Source of the DNA: Pinctada imbricata
Lineage: Eukaryota
NCBI GenBank assembly: GCA_033119305.1
Contig: VSWD01000007.1
Coordinates: forward strand, 57,858,741-57,922,740
DNA: 64,000 nt
Reading direction: 5' to 3'
Within the stretch, counting starts at the first letter, position 1, and each line of letters begins with the position of its first letter. The position numbers were made by a program, and so were the translations under genes. Under the pieces are notes generated by a model. It was not told the origin of the DNA. It was given only the letters and a program-made list of their open reading frames with translations, and searched no databases. Shown here in pieces: positions 1-12,704 of this stretch.

Positions 1-633
1 TTCACAAAGGACAGTGCAGGTACTGTTTCGCATGTGATTGAGCCTGTAGCTTTCGAATTCAAGCACGAGGGGCATAAAATTCAGTTTTCTTTCAATCAAG
101 AAAGAATTTCAAAGTTATCAGATATTGAGAACTTTATTCGAGACGGTAACTTCGAAAAAGCCTTATCTACTCTTGGTGAACAGAAATCCGCGCTTCAACA
201 AAGAAATAAGATCCTTAAAATTGCTGATAGACATGGTTGGGACACGGTGCACGAGTATTTGGACGACCCGTTGGCTGACAACAACGAGGATGCTGTTAAG
301 CTTCGCTATGCTGTTGGGCGTGCTGCACGCAAACGTTCATTCCGCACTAGACCCTATGATAATAGACGTAGAGGCGGCTCATTTTCCGCAAACGACTTTT
401 TTCGTGGCTTTAGCAACACGTTTAACTCCCAGAATTCCACAAAGCCAATCTATAATCAAGGGAGGCAGTTTGATCCGAGGTTTGGAGTCATGGCAGGATT
501 CCAATTCCCCAGAGACCGTAGTTGCTACTACTGCAGGCAGACAGGCCACCTCATGCGTGACTGCCCATTCACTAAGGCCCAACCCATCCCCGTACTGTCC
601 AGTTCCACCCCAGCTTCCACAAATAAGCAGTAG
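1..633 (+). CDS. Retrotransposon Gag-like protein (open at the window start) with a CCHC zinc knuckle
   Basis: ORF 34..633 reads open back to nt 1 in the same frame. It contains the motif CYYCRQTGHLMRDC (CX2CX4HX4C) and basic stretches. The RT-RNaseH ORF follows immediately. Confidence 0.7.
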   Translation, partial: FTKDSAGTVSHVIEPVAFEFKHEGHKIQFSFNQERISKLSDIENFIRDGNFEKALSTLGEQKSALQQRNKILKIADRHGWDTVHEYLDDPLADNNEDAVKLRYAVGRAARKRSFRTRPYDNRRRGGSFSANDFFRGFSNTFNSQNSTKPIYNQGRQFDPRFGVMAGFQFPRDRSCYYCRQTGHLMRDCPFTKAQPIPVLSSSTPASTNKQ

Positions 634-644
634 TGAAGTTGAGT

Positions 645-2607
645 ATGATTTTGATCATGATGAAGATTCTTTTGATTATGAAAAGTCTCAGAAAAATGTG
701 TCTGTAAAGTCCAAGTTAAGACAAAATGTAGAATTTTGGCAAAATGAATTAAAAGCAAACAATTTCATTTTATCTACCATCAAATTTGGTTATGTGATAC
801 CTTTTGCTCAATTTCCTCCAGCAATTATTTTGAAAAACAATAGATTATCTTTGAATTATCCAGATTTTGTATGTACTGCAATTAATGAACTTCTTTCTGC
901 AGGTTGTATAAACGAAGTTAGAGTTCCGTACGTTGTCAATCCCCTTACAGTGTCTGTAAATAGTTCTGGTAAAAAACGACTTGTTCTCGATTTGAGACAT
1001 GTTAATCGCTTTGTTCAAAAGCAAAAATTAAGTTTGAAGGAATTAAAGAGGCTTTAACATACGCAAAGAAAGGGTTGTTTATGATCAAATTCGATTTAAA
1101 GTCTGGGTATCACCATATAGATATTAATCCAAACAGTCAAAAATACCTTGGCTTTAGCTGGGAATTTGAAGGGAAGTTACGGTATTTTCAGTTTTCAGTC
1201 TTACCTTTTGGATTATCGTCGGCAGGTCATATTTTTACCAAGGTCGTTAGGGTGCTTGTGAAGTATTGGAGGTCAAGGGGAGTACCAATCATTGTTTACT
1301 TAGATGACGGATGGGTTTGCTCAGATTATCAAACTTGCAGAGAATTGTCAGAATTTGTGCAAAAAACCCTTAGTCTTTCTGGTTTTCAAGTAAATTTTGA
1401 GAAATCGTGTTTTGAACCGAAAGATATGATTGTTTGGTTAGGATTTTTATGGAATTTACAGGAAGGTAAAATCGAAGTTCCGCCCGAGAAGTTTCTTAGT
1501 GTACAGTCGGTCCTAAGGGATATATTACACAATATAGGTCATGTGACCGCTAGAAAGGTAGCTTCTTTTGTTGGAAAGATTATTTCGTTGAAACCTGCTT
1601 TGGGTACAGTTTGTCAAATGATGACCAGAAATTTAAGTGTTGCTTTGTGTAATAGAAAAGGTTGGGATCTGAACTTAGATTTACCATCTGTATGTAGACA
1701 GGAGTTAGAATTTTGGCTTAAAAGTCTTCATAGTTTGCCGAACGTGACGTTAACGCCAATAAGCGAAATTCCAGAAAAAATTATGTTTTCTGATGCTAGT
1801 TCATATGCCGCTGCAGGCTTTACTTTGGAGAGAAATACCAAAATTGTACATTATATGTGGAAAGATGATGAAAAGAATAAAAGTTCGACATGGAGGGAAC
1901 TAAAAACAATATGTTTGGTTTTGAAAGGCTTAGGTTCAGATTTGTCGGGAAAACTTGTCAAAATATACACGGACAATCAGAATGTCGTACGCATAGCTTG
2001 TAAAGGGAGTATGAAAATGGAGCTGCATCAGCTAGCTTTAGAAGTGTTGGGTTTCTGTGTGGCACACTCTATTAGATTAGAATTAGCATGGATACCGAGA
2101 GATTTGAATGCATACGCAGACGAATTGAGCAAAATATTTGATTTTGACGATTGGGAGGTCAGAGATGAAATATTTACGTTTTTGAATAAGAAATGGGGTG
2201 AATTTTCGTGTGATATTTTTGCAGCTTGCAAAAATAAGAAAGTCTCAAAATTTTTCTCAAAGTATTACAGTCCTGGTACCTCAGGTGTGGACGCTTTCGC
2301 TCAAAATTGGGATGGAGAAAATTGTTGGTTAGTCCCCCCACCCAACCTGATATGTAGAACGGTTTCTCATTTACGCATTTGCAAAGCATTTGGGGTTTTA
2401 ATTGTCCCTAGGTGGGAATCCGCATTATTTTGGCCAATTATTTGGGAGATAAAATACAAAAATTTCAGATATTTTGTCAGAGATTGGATAGAATTTGAGA
2501 GACCAAAGAATTTTTACAAAGCTGGCTCTGATAAGAACAGTATTTTTGCTTTAGATGTATTCCCAAGCAATGTACTAGTTTTAAAGTTGGATTTTCGTTA
2601 TGATTAG
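645..2607 (+). CDS. Pol: reverse transcriptase + RNase H + DIRS-type C-terminal domain, interrupted by one frameshift near 1015-1025
   Basis: The frame-2 ORF (to 1057) carries the RT N-terminal motifs (PLTVSVNSSGKKRLVLDLRHVNRF). The frame-1 ORF 1075..2607 carries FDLKSGYHHI, the YLDD catalytic box (IIVYLDDGWV) and the RNase H motif TDNQNV. Its tail (FSCDIFAACKN...VDAFAQNWDGENCWLVPPP) is of the kind seen after RNase H in DIRS-type elements. The frames join at an A-run (caaaagcaaaaatt). Confidence 0.8.
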
Positions 2608-2659
2608 TATTAGAGAATGTTAAATGTTGTTGGTATAGATGAATGGGCTTAAATTCAAA

Positions 2660-2800
2660 GGCACCATGTGCATTATGTATTCAATAAAGGCACCATGTGC
2701 AAAATGAAGAATAAGTTTTAATAAAGGCACCATGTGCGTACCGAAGAGATTACATAGAACATTCTAAGAAAAAATCATTGATTTCAAAAGCACCATGTGT
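2660..2800. repeat. Four spaced copies of AAAGGCACCATGTGC between pol and the YR ORF, followed by a poly(A) run at 2866-2894
   Basis: The copies are at about 2662, 2688, 2724 and 2780 (the last reads aaagcaccatgtg). Confidence 0.6.
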
Positions 2801-2865
2801 TTAGCATATTTTTAAAATGCATAAATGTGGCGAGAAGGAATTTGTCGATTTTGTAATGTGAGATA

Positions 2866-2896
<31 letters not shown>

Positions 2897-2970
2897 TTTA
2901 TTTTCATTAATTCGGTTTTATATAACTTTAGGCTTCCAGTCAAGTATGGACGGAAATTCAGCAGTTACGA

Positions 2971-3946
2971 TTGAGAGATGGCAGACTTTCATCCGCAGCA
3001 TCGGATATCCCTCGCATTATCAAAAAAGGCAAGAGCGACAACTCCAACAGAGTGTATGACGCCTATTTCAAAAAGTTTCAGCATTGGTGTAGTTCTTTCA
3101 GCGTTTCATCTATGCCCGCGTCTGTGAGTACTGTGGCCGTATATCTTAGTAGCCGTGTGCAGAAATCAGTGTCAGAATCAGTGTTATCTACCAATTTCTA
3201 TAGTATAAAGTGGCATCATGATATAAGTTTGTGTGCGAACCCATGCGATTCAAAAATTTTACACCTACTTATGGAAGGAGGGAAGAGGATTCTCAGTAAG
3301 CCCATTAATAAAAAGGAGCCGATCACCCCAGAAATATTGAAAAAGATAGTAGACAAATATGGCCAAGATGCAAATAAGAACAATTTATGTTAGAATTTGT
3401 TCTATGTTTTTGTTGGGGTTTTCAGGTTTTTTACGTTTCAGTGAACTTTCAAAACTCAAAGTGAAAAATATTTCTTTTCATGAATTACATATGTCTGTAC
3501 ATATTGAGGGTAGTAAAACTGATGTATATAGGCGTGGAAATAACGTTTTGATTGCTAGAACAAGTAAGGATACTTGTCCTGTATATTGGTTAAAACTTTA
3601 TTTAGATTTAGCTGGAATTTCTAAAAGTCCAGAAGATTTTATTTTTCGTTCTATTCGTTACTTTAAGTCTTCTGACAGTTATAAGCTTTGTAGCTGTAAT
3701 AGGCCCATCTCGTACACGAGAGCTCGTGAGTTATTGCATGACGCGTTAGCGTCTGTTGGTTTAGACACCAAATGTTTTGGTTTACATAGTCTCCGTAGCG
3801 GAGGTGCTACATCCGCCGCTGAAAATAATGTCAGTGATAGGCTTTTGAAATTACATGGTCGCTGGAAATCAGATTTATCAAGAGACAACTATATCAAGGA
3901 TTCCACCTCTAATCAGCTTAGTGTAACTAAAAAGTTGAATATCTAG
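2971..3946 (+). CDS. Tyrosine recombinase (phage-integrase-like) of a DIRS/Ngaro-type element, with a frameshift near 3355-3365
   Basis: Two overlapping ORFs, 2971..3393 and 3359..3946. The second carries YR boxes: LLGFSGFLRFSEL (Arg of box I), HSLRSGGAT (H-x-x-R) and LHGRWKSD...Y (catalytic Tyr region). Confidence 0.75.
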
Positions 3947-3979
3947 TTTTAGTATTAAAATTCTAGCCCTCTTTGTTTA

Positions 3980-4092
3980 CTCTATATAATCTAGCGAGCG
4001 GGAATTCCATATATTGTGTTTTTGTTATTTCTTATATGTATCATTTAATTGATTTATATTCGGACGAACAAAGTGAGGGAGAATATAATTAT
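3980..4092. repeat. Terminal direct repeat copy 1 (~113 bp) of the DIRS-like element
   Basis: ctatataatctagcgagcgggaattccatatattgtg...gagggagaatata recurs almost identically at 4436-4548. Confidence 0.8.
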
Positions 4093-4435
4093 AATTATAT
4101 GGGTAATGTTTGGAGAGTGTTCGATTGTTATTGTAATGAGGCTAGTCACGTGACGGTCAAGTATATACTAAGATAGCACGAGGTAGTGCGGCACTCTAGG
4201 CTCGCTCGCTAGTAGATGTAACGTGGTCAGTGGGTTATATAGGCAGATTTATACATGTAAATTTTTCGGGAGAGGGGGTGTGTTTTAAATAAAATCATTT
4301 ACTTAATTTCTGTAATATTTTGACTTAGTGTGGTGGTCTATGATTTGAGCTTATATCAAAATATTGATTTGTATGAAAAAACTTTTTCATGATATATGAT
4401 GTAACATTATTGAGGGTATGCAGAATATATGCGCT

Positions 4436-4548
4436 CACTATATAATCTAGCGAGCGGGAATTCCATATATTGTGTTTTTGTTATTTCTTATATGTATCAT
4501 TTAATTGATTTATATTCGGACGAACAAAGTGAGGGAGAATATAAATCT
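4436..4548. repeat. Terminal direct repeat copy 2
   Basis: Direct copy of 3980-4092, separated from it by ~345 bp. Confidence 0.8.
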
Positions 4549-6626
4549 TTGTATATGCATAGTCAAACTGTTTATAGATGCTCATGGGTATAGATGGCCG
4601 AGTCTACAATGATTTTTGAAGAATCTTTCTTTTACATTAAATTGTTTATTGAAAACGAATCTTTCAACTTTACGCGTGTTGTGATTACAGTGAATTTTAC
4701 ATCAAGTTTGGTTAAAAAAATCCTTTTCGTCATATTTTTTATTCTCATTTGGTAGAAACATTTAGTTGAAATTAGTGCAATATGTATGTAATGTTTTCTA
4801 CGTTTGTATTGTCCGGTATTACAGCTACATAGAGGCGTTTACCTCTTACTGTAATACCATGTATTGTGTGTTTGTTGCCATATACGATTGTGATGCTTGG
4901 ATGATGTCGGCCTGAGACGATGATGTCACCGATACCTGAGATGATGATATAACTGGTGTCAACTGAGATGACGTACATGTCTCAATGCGCAGTGTAATTG
5001 CATTGGAACCACGAATACAGACTTTTAAGAAATATAAGTACTTTTGTTATTCTGTTATTCTGTCATTGAAAATAACGAGTTTGAATTCTGGCTTTTGAAA
5101 CTTTGTGAATCATTTTGGTAACGTACTGAGTTCAAATATTCTCTTAATTTTGATAATTTCATTTACACATGCTTTGATCTATTTCAGAAGAATGATGCAG
5201 CCTAATGATGGTACACCTATTGCGTTTCAATTGGTGAAGGGAAGGAGTGATGGATAACCATTGAAGCAATGCGATTCGTTTGTGATGAAAGATTTCCGTA
5301 ACAAAGTGCGACTGGTGTACGTTGGTTCTGTCTAGCAGCATGGTTGATTGTTCTCAATGTCACCAGGTTGGAGATGAGACAATTAGTCAACGTGTAACAA
5401 TAACGTTCAAAGTAGTCAGTCTGAGACGTTTGAGATTGTTACGTACTGCTAATATAGTATACGACAGTTAGTCATGCTGAGATGTTAGTTCTTACTAGAA
5501 GATGATGATGTGGCTTTCTGACGATGACGACTGATGTTGGACTTAAGGAAGTCCTGGTGGATGATTACTCAGTGTCGCGGGAGGAGGATGATCACATTTT
5601 CGAACAGAACGATGCGTAAATCTACAAGGACAACTGGACAGGAAGCTGATGTGATTGACGACAGATGGATACAGAAACATGGACTGAACCGTGGATGAAA
5701 TATGCTGAACATTTTGAAATTTTATATGAACTCTTCTCTTTCAGAAATTTTGAATTGTAAATGTTTTATCATAGTGCTTTCTTTTCAGGATGTGAACTCT
5801 GTAGTGATTAATTGTTGGAACTTTGGACTTTGTATTGCTTGATTTGTGATTAACATAATGTGTTCATGTAATTCTATTTTTTTAGTTAAAATATTTGCCA
5901 ATATTTTAGTTTTAAGAAGGCAGGAGTGTGACGGGAACACATTATGTTAGGCTATTTTGATACCCCTATTTAATAGTAAGAACCCCATTTTTTGTATTGA
6001 TCTACCTGTATAACTTACCTGAGTTCAGATTTAACAGATTTATCGTATATATCTCTCGATAAGGATTTAAATGGTCGTCACTGTACTATATTTAGATTGT
6101 CAGGTGATCCGTAGAGTATATAAAGCGCGACATTGAGCTTGTAAGACGGGGAGCTACCTTTATTGCCGAAGGCAATCAGCTCTCCCTCTCCTCCTCCTCT
6201 CTCTCTCTCTAGCAATGGCTTAGGTTGGGCTCTGATAACTATGGGCAGGGGGGTAGATATTCGGACTTAGGCTAAATATTCTCTCTCTATATATGTACGT
6301 TTTCTGTTGTATTTGTCGTATCTATGTTGTTTTTATTAAAGTATCTAAATGTTATCCGTTTTCCTAGTCTTCTTTCATGTTAGTCTGTCATGTAAGGTGT
6401 TGGCTACAATATAGAAATCCTTCGGACCTGAAGACAGGCGCCCGCCCCTACCGGGTCCTGTTACATTCTTATCTTCTTGCTGTGCATCCTTCACAGAGTA
6501 CTCGTTAACGAGGGCGTGAAGTACACAGAGATAGATAGACTTCAACATTAAAGATAAAAGACATGTCTGAATGCCTTCAAGTTTTTTTCCACAAATTATA
6601 ATTTCCACTCACACCTAGTGTTCATG

Positions 6627-6687
<61 letters not shown>
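6627..6687. repeat. (TC)n microsatellite
   Basis: Perfect TC dinucleotide run of ~30 units. It generates the spurious ORF 6618-6827. Confidence 0.95.
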
Positions 6688-6690
<3 letters not shown>

Positions 6691-7004
6691 CAATTCGAGT
6701 CATTATTTTCAAAATTAGTTATAGGCCGATACGTCTAATTGTGGAGGCGGATCATTATCGCTTATATCATGTAAATGTAAACAAAACCAACAAACACAAA
6801 TTTCGTGTTTTCATCTTTTGTTGGTAATATATCAAATTCTCAGATTTATAAAGAAGGCAAATCTTGTCAAGTATGATGCAAACATTACTTCTGTAGGATT
6901 GCCTGCATTTCGACACAGCGATTTTACGCGATGTAAGGGACAACAGGTGATCGGACGTCATCCTGAAATGACAGCATTATTTTCAACTTTGTAAATACAC
7001 AAGG

Positions 7005-7022
7005 ATGGCGTCTCAGGATAAG
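7005..7022 (+). CDS. TBC1D15: TBC1D15-like exon 1 (MASQDK)
   Basis: ATG at 7005, donor gtaaat at 7023. It joins in frame to exon 2, giving MASQDK|VLYEKEGVYIH, which matches the TBC1D15 N-terminal pattern (IYEQEGVYIH). Confidence 0.5.
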
Positions 7023-8277
7023 GTAAATAGATCAATGGATTATGAAAGACTAAGTAGATATCTCTTTTGCACTTTTTAGGATGATACTTGTGTATCTGGT
7101 GTTCTCATTTTCAAAGGGAATTTTAAACTTTGACAAATTTTATTATGACAGTATGACACATTGCCATTTATAGTTTTATCCCCATATGATATGTTTATAG
7201 ATCATTTATGTGAATAGTTTCAATGATACTGGTGTCAAAGCAGCAACCGAATGATTTTGAAGGGTTATTCACGGTAACTTCATTGTTTTGTCAAATTGAG
7301 ACATGAAACTAAGTAGAACAAATACAGTACTGCATACTGATGGTTGGCATTATCGAAGGGTATTTCGGACTTTCATCATCTTTTATGTCAAATCTTTTAA
7401 CCACAAGATTTCCTCTCAACTTCTCAACTTTGATCAAATGTAAAAGAAGAATGTTAACCTGGTTTTAGTGACCATGTCTTGTGTACGTATAATTTATTTC
7501 AATTTAATAATAGACATGAAGTATTTAAGTCGAAATTGCAATTTTAGCTTGTTTATACAATTTTTTTCACCATTCCAGAAACGATTTAAACACTTGAATG
7601 CATGTATGCACAAAGGGGAATCCCCGGTTACATGTACAAAAGTATTTATGCGCAGACATGAGTCAGGTCTTTCACCATTACATTGTATCAAATTTGAAAT
7701 GTGATGCAGCTTTGAGTGTCAAAGCACACGGGCGTCAAAGTTTTGCATTAGAAAATGCAAGCAAGAGCTCTGGTTACTTGTATTTAAAGAAAACGAAGTT
7801 GAAGTGTATATAAATATTATAAGAATGAAATATTTGCATCATTAAACTGTATTTTTGCTAGAGAAACAGTTCATACATCATACTACATGTAGTAATTAAG
7901 CCAACTGATATATCTTTGACTTATGTCAGTATGCATAATAACTAAAATGAAACATTTTGCCGAGTTTCCATAAAATTTGCTTTTAATAAAAAGTAACCGA
8001 AGTTATGGACAAATCATGAAATATTTTACAGTTTTGCAGTGTACGTATTGTAAAAATCTGATTATAATCGATAATCAATTGAATGGCTTATCCAATTGAT
8101 CAATTTTGATTACTCCATTTGATTCCCAACACTATGAGTATGATCATGATGATATGTAGCGTATTGTGAGCATTTTATATTGTTGTAGCCCTGTAGCATA
8201 CAATGTAAATAAAACTGATAAATCGCAATCAGCTAGGTTTATTCGGAATAATTTCTAAGTCTAATTGACAATTTCAG

Positions 8278-8379
8278 GTTCTGTATGAGAAGGAAGGTGT
8301 GTACATCCACATTAATGTGAATTCCCATACATCAGACAAAGACGCACATTTACCAGGAAAAGTCTATCTGATTCAGAAG
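8278..8379 (+). CDS. TBC1D15: TBC1D15 exon 2
   Basis: Acceptor tttcag; encodes VLYEKEGVYIHINVNSHTSDKDAHLPGKVYLIQK; donor gtatta. Confidence 0.8.
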
Positions 8380-9072
8380 GTATTAAATTCATAATAATGC
8401 ATACATGTATATTATAGATCTGCATTTGCTGGTTGTATCATTCTATTTCCATTGTCATTCCAACATTAAAATGGCTAAGCCAGTTTACTCAATACACATT
8501 ACAATCAATTTGTACCTAGGAAATCATCATTCATGTACATTTATCAGAAAACCAATTTGTTGTCATGTCTTGAAAGACAAACAGAGATGTTGAAAGTACT
8601 TAACCGTATGCCATTGGAAAAAAATCAGTTGAAAATTGAAATGAATGGTTGGACATGCTACCCTAATTTGGTTCCTAGACATGTAACTGATAAAAAATTC
8701 TGCCAAAAAGTGTTGTTTTTGGTCTGATGTTCAAACATGCAGATTGTTCATCTGCAGTTAACATGTTAAAGGCAATAGACCATTATCATATCACCGCTAA
8801 ACTTGCATTTTAGACATCACAACTCTTGACGTTATTTAATGACGTCTCAATAATATCAAATGTTGTGATGTCAGGTCTTGGACTGTATAAAGTGCATGTC
8901 GACTGTGTAATGCGAAAATCATGTATTTAACATCGGAACAGGAAAATATCTTAAAATTTGTATTGTTCATTTAGATAATACACTTATGTGTATTTTGTAT
9001 GAATAGTCAAGTTCATGAATAATTTTATTGGTTTACATGGTTTATATACAGTGTTGATAATATTTTTTTTAG

Positions 9073-9202
9073 CCTGAGGGAACATTTATAGAATGGAAAG
9101 CTGAAGAGATTCTCCAAGTAGACGGTAACCAGGACCAAGACTGGGCCGTTATTGGATCCTCCCTGTCCGTGGGATATAAACCAGACAAAGATTCTGACGC
9201 AT
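9073..9202 (+). CDS. TBC1D15: TBC1D15 exon 3
   Basis: Encodes PEGTFIEWKAEEILQVDGNQDQDW..., corresponding to LEKDAEVIVDWRPLDD of TBC1D15; donor gtaagt. Confidence 0.8.
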
Positions 9203-9447
9203 GTAAGTACAATGTATAAGATTCTACTTTATTTCTGGTAGAGTCCAATTATTTCACATAAAAGGTATTATGTTAAGTCCACATGGATTCTTTTTGTTCT
9301 GCCTTTAAAAGTCCCTATACATGTATTTATGTTGCAGAAATATTTGCCAGCTAGCTCACTTGACACTTGCAGGTCGTAGTGTCACTCCCACTTTACTATT
9401 CCTGTTGCTATTTTTGTACCTGTACACACGTCTGTCTTCTTTTTCAG

Positions 9448-9655
9448 TAAATATGTTGACAGAGTCAAGGAAGAAATACAATGTTAGTTTTGATCTGATG
9501 GACCTAAAAAGCTTCAAAAGAAATGCTCCGAATCATGGCTGGGCATACATTATCTTCATACTAAAAGATGGGACCACATACCCAGCACTCCATTTTCATA
9601 ATGGTGGCAGCAAAGCACTTCTCCAGCAATTTGGAAAATACATTCACATCAAACG
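9448..9655 (+). CDS. TBC1D15: TBC1D15 exon 4
   Basis: Encodes KYNVSFDLMDLKSFKRNAPNHGWAYIIFILKDGTTYPALHFHNGGSKALLQQFGKYIHIK. The vertebrate equivalent is KWSFLFSLTDLKSIKQNKEGMGWSYLVFCLKDDVVLPALHFHQGDSKLL. Confidence 0.9.
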
Positions 9656-9838
9656 GTATTATTTCTTCAAATCGAAAAATTACAAATTAAACAGAAGTTG
9701 ATTTGCTTGAAACATGTGAAATGTTGCCCAAAAAAAGTAGTGTACAGGTATGTACCAAGATAAATATGTTAACATCATTCTTGAATTAAATGCATTCCAT
9801 TGAAGCTTAGATTAACATTTCTCTCTTTTACATTTAGG

Positions 9839-9950
9839 TCTCCAAATGATAGTCGGCTATTTATAGTCCAGGAGCATGATCCAGATATGCTTTCAAAGTC
9901 CTTCGATGAGCTCCATCTTTTTGCAGATTCCTCCAGTGATCTCGTTTCAG
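9839..9950 (+). CDS. TBC1D15: TBC1D15 exon 5
   Basis: Encodes RSPNDSRLFIVQEHDPDMLSKSFDELHLF...; donor gtgagt. Confidence 0.85.
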
Positions 9951-11241
9951 TGAGTGTCTTACATTTACTTAATTCATTTTCCTGTGTACCATATTTGAAA
10001 ATTTAAGGTCTGTAAGGCAGAGTTGGAGCACATCCTTTTTTCCTCCATGTCATCTCTGTAAATTCTCCTTTATCCATGTGGTAAAGCCTAGTAGATGTTG
10101 TAAATATATTAATAGGTAATTATAGAATGTAATTATCTATGGTATTCATTAAAAATTTGTATCTTGTCATAGGACATAGTTGTTGTTTAGTTAAATCTCT
10201 CCCTGTCCTAAGGCAAGTGGGAGGGACATTTAGTTTCTGTCTTTTAGTAAATAAGTGTCTGCAGTGTTTTGTCAAAAATTTACATGTATTTGTCTTAAGG
10301 CAAATTAGTTTCTTTCAATTCAAATTTTGTCTTTTAGTTTTGTTTTTTAAAGGCAAATTAGTTTGTGAAATTGAAAGCTTGTCTTAAGGCAAAACTATAA
10401 ACTGAATGGATAAAAAATAATTGTCTAGTTCAAAGTTTGTCTTAAGGCAAGTTGTTTGTCCCAAAGCAAAGGTAGAAACTGAATGAAAATTTTATTTTTG
10501 CTTAGTTTAAAATTTGTCTTAAGTTAAGTTATGTCTTAAGGCAAAGGTAGAAACTAAATGAATTTAAAAAAATTTTTTTTTGTAATTTTAAATGTTGTCT
10601 TAAGGCAAGTTATATGTCTTAAGGCAAAATGTTATGCCTATGTTTAAAGTAAGAAAGCTTTGAACAGTATACATGTAAATACATGTCTTCAAGAAAGATG
10701 GAGATATTTTTAAATGGAGCAGTGGGACAAATGAAGATATTGTACTATTTTGAATTTAAAAATCCCATCTTGTCTTAAGTCAAATTTTATTGTTATATCG
10801 AGGGAATCAAGGAAATTATAACACTAGCCTCTTGTAATGAAAATAGATTTGCTTTAAGGCCTAAATTATGACAGGAATTTCTTGCTTTAAGGCAACAATA
10901 TCTCCTATATAAGAAAAATGTACTTATTTATTGTCATATACATGTACTGACACTGAGTGAAGAAAAAATATGGGTAGATTTAAGGTTCAGTACTTGAAAT
11001 TTTAGTTGATATTTATTGTACTTTTCGATTTACTGAAAAATTTTATTATACACGTATCAAGCCTGTTTAATTTCACATTACATGTTCTTTGCTGCTACTT
11101 GCATATGTCACATATTATGTTTACATATGTTCAAACTAGGAGTGAAGGCATCTCTTAACTTCTTCCATCTCCCCTTCCCATTTTACATGATGCGCAGGTG
11201 AGCTTTCTTTTCTTTTAAGTGCTATTTATTGTTTATTTCAG

Positions 11242-11433
11242 AAATTCATCAAAGATCCCTACACAACAACACTTGGAGGGTTTTCCAAAGTGACCAATTT
11301 TTTGCGTGATACATTATTACAACAAGAAGTAGCCATTCATCGGCCAAAAGAGGAGCTGGCGGCCATCTTGAATGAAGAAATCCCTGGTATGGAGATCAGT
11401 CAGCAAGAGCCAGGATATGAATTAGTCACAAAG
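11242..11433 (+). CDS. TBC1D15: TBC1D15 exon 6
   Basis: Encodes KFIKDPYTTTLGGFSKVTNFLRD...QQEPGYELVTK; donor gtaaga. Confidence 0.85.
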
Positions 11434-11853
11434 GTAAGATATCATAGCCTGCTTTAAGCTGTGATAATGGATTATTTGTACCTTTTCATATGCAGGTGAA
11501 AAGATGGACATATTGTTTTATGCTGTCTGTCCGTCTTTCATTTCTCCGAAAAAAAAACCCTTTTGGCAGGCTTAACCTTAACTTAACCATAATTCAAATT
11601 GATTTTAAAGTCAAAGTCAACGTGTGAATAATTTTTTTGTGTTATATTGTCCATAACCTTGAAGTTTTTAGGGCTATCAGATTAGTCTGCAAATTTCATT
11701 AAAAAATTCATGAACTGTAAAAGTTTCTGTTGCCTCAGTCAATATTTTCAAAATCAGTAAATATCACACCATACTCACCTTGTATAAAGTCTATTACTGT
11801 ATAATATTCAAGTAAAATTGATTTAATATGAATTTATCATTTTTTTTTTCCAG

Positions 11854-11982
11854 ACTAAGCTTCCCTCACGACCAGAAGTAGAAAGAAGTGCTCCTCTGAA
11901 TAATACTGAATGGACCAAACACATGGACAAGGAGGGTAGAATCCTTAATGTAGATCATCTCAAAGAAGTCATATTTAGAGGG
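11854..11982 (+). CDS. TBC1D15: TBC1D15 exon 7
   Basis: Encodes TKLPSRPEVERSAPLNNTEWTKHMDKEGRILNVDHLKEVIFRG. Confidence 0.85.
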
Positions 11983-12254
11983 GTATGTACAGAGATAAAT
12001 TCTTTTGAATATTTAAATAAACATGTTTCTTTTTTGTGCATTGTGCTTTTATAAGAATTTTTGGCCAATGTTAATGTTTATGATTGAGTATAAACATGCA
12101 ACAAAAGACAGAAATACATGCAGTGATTATATTATTTGCAATGTTGACTTTTGGTATATATTAGTCTTATTTTTTCTTTAGCATACTTTGATTATGGTAC
12201 AGATAGAACATTGTTTATTCTAACACAATCCTACATTTCTCCTATTTTATTCAG

Positions 12255-12358
12255 GGTATAGATCCTGGTATCAGAAGTGAGGTGTGGAAATTTCTCCTAG
12301 GTTATTATGACTGGCAATCTACATACAAAACTAGAGCTGATATTAGGAAAAGAAAAGT
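12255..12358 (+). CDS. TBC1D15: TBC1D15 exon 8 (start of the TBC domain)
   Basis: Encodes GIDPGIRSEVWKFLLGYYDWQSTYKTRADIRKRK; donor gtaagg. Confidence 0.85.
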
Positions 12359-12609
12359 GTAAGGAACACATGATTATTTTACTACTTTAAAGAAAGAACT
12401 CCTAGCTTTCTATGGAATGGAAAATTTGATATTCAAAAAATTACTTTAACATTAGGTTTCTTTATGATACGCTCACATTTTATCTATTATTATAAAGCTT
12501 ATCTGAAAATGTCTGTTACAGTTTCGTAAACAATTTAGTGTTTATTGCTAATCATTGATATTGGTACATGTACATACATCAAGTTAATGGTTATGATAAC
12601 TCTTTGTAG

Positions 12610-12704
12610 GGATGACTACTTCCGTATGAAATTACAGTGGAAAACAATCAGTGATGCGCAAGAAAGGCGGTTCTCACTTCTCAGAGAGAGGAAATGTTTG
12701 ATTG
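12610..12704 (+). CDS. TBC1D15: TBC1D15 exon 9
   Basis: Encodes DDYFRMKLQWKTISDAQERRFSLLRERKCLI; the vertebrate equivalent is DEYFRMKLQWKSISQEQEKR. Confidence 0.9.

Larger units (their letters stand above)
1..4550 (+). mobile_element. DIRS/Ngaro-like tyrosine-recombinase retrotransposon (5' end outside the window; probably defective because of two frameshifts)
   Basis: The gene order gag-RT/RH-YR is diagnostic of YR retroelements. Non-LTR-like 3' structure with split direct repeats (3980-4092 and 4436-4548) rather than an integrase/LTR. Confidence 0.75.

Noticed and set aside
6618-6827. ORF encoding MFMSLSLSLSLSLS...
   Set aside because: It is the translation of a (TC)n microsatellite.
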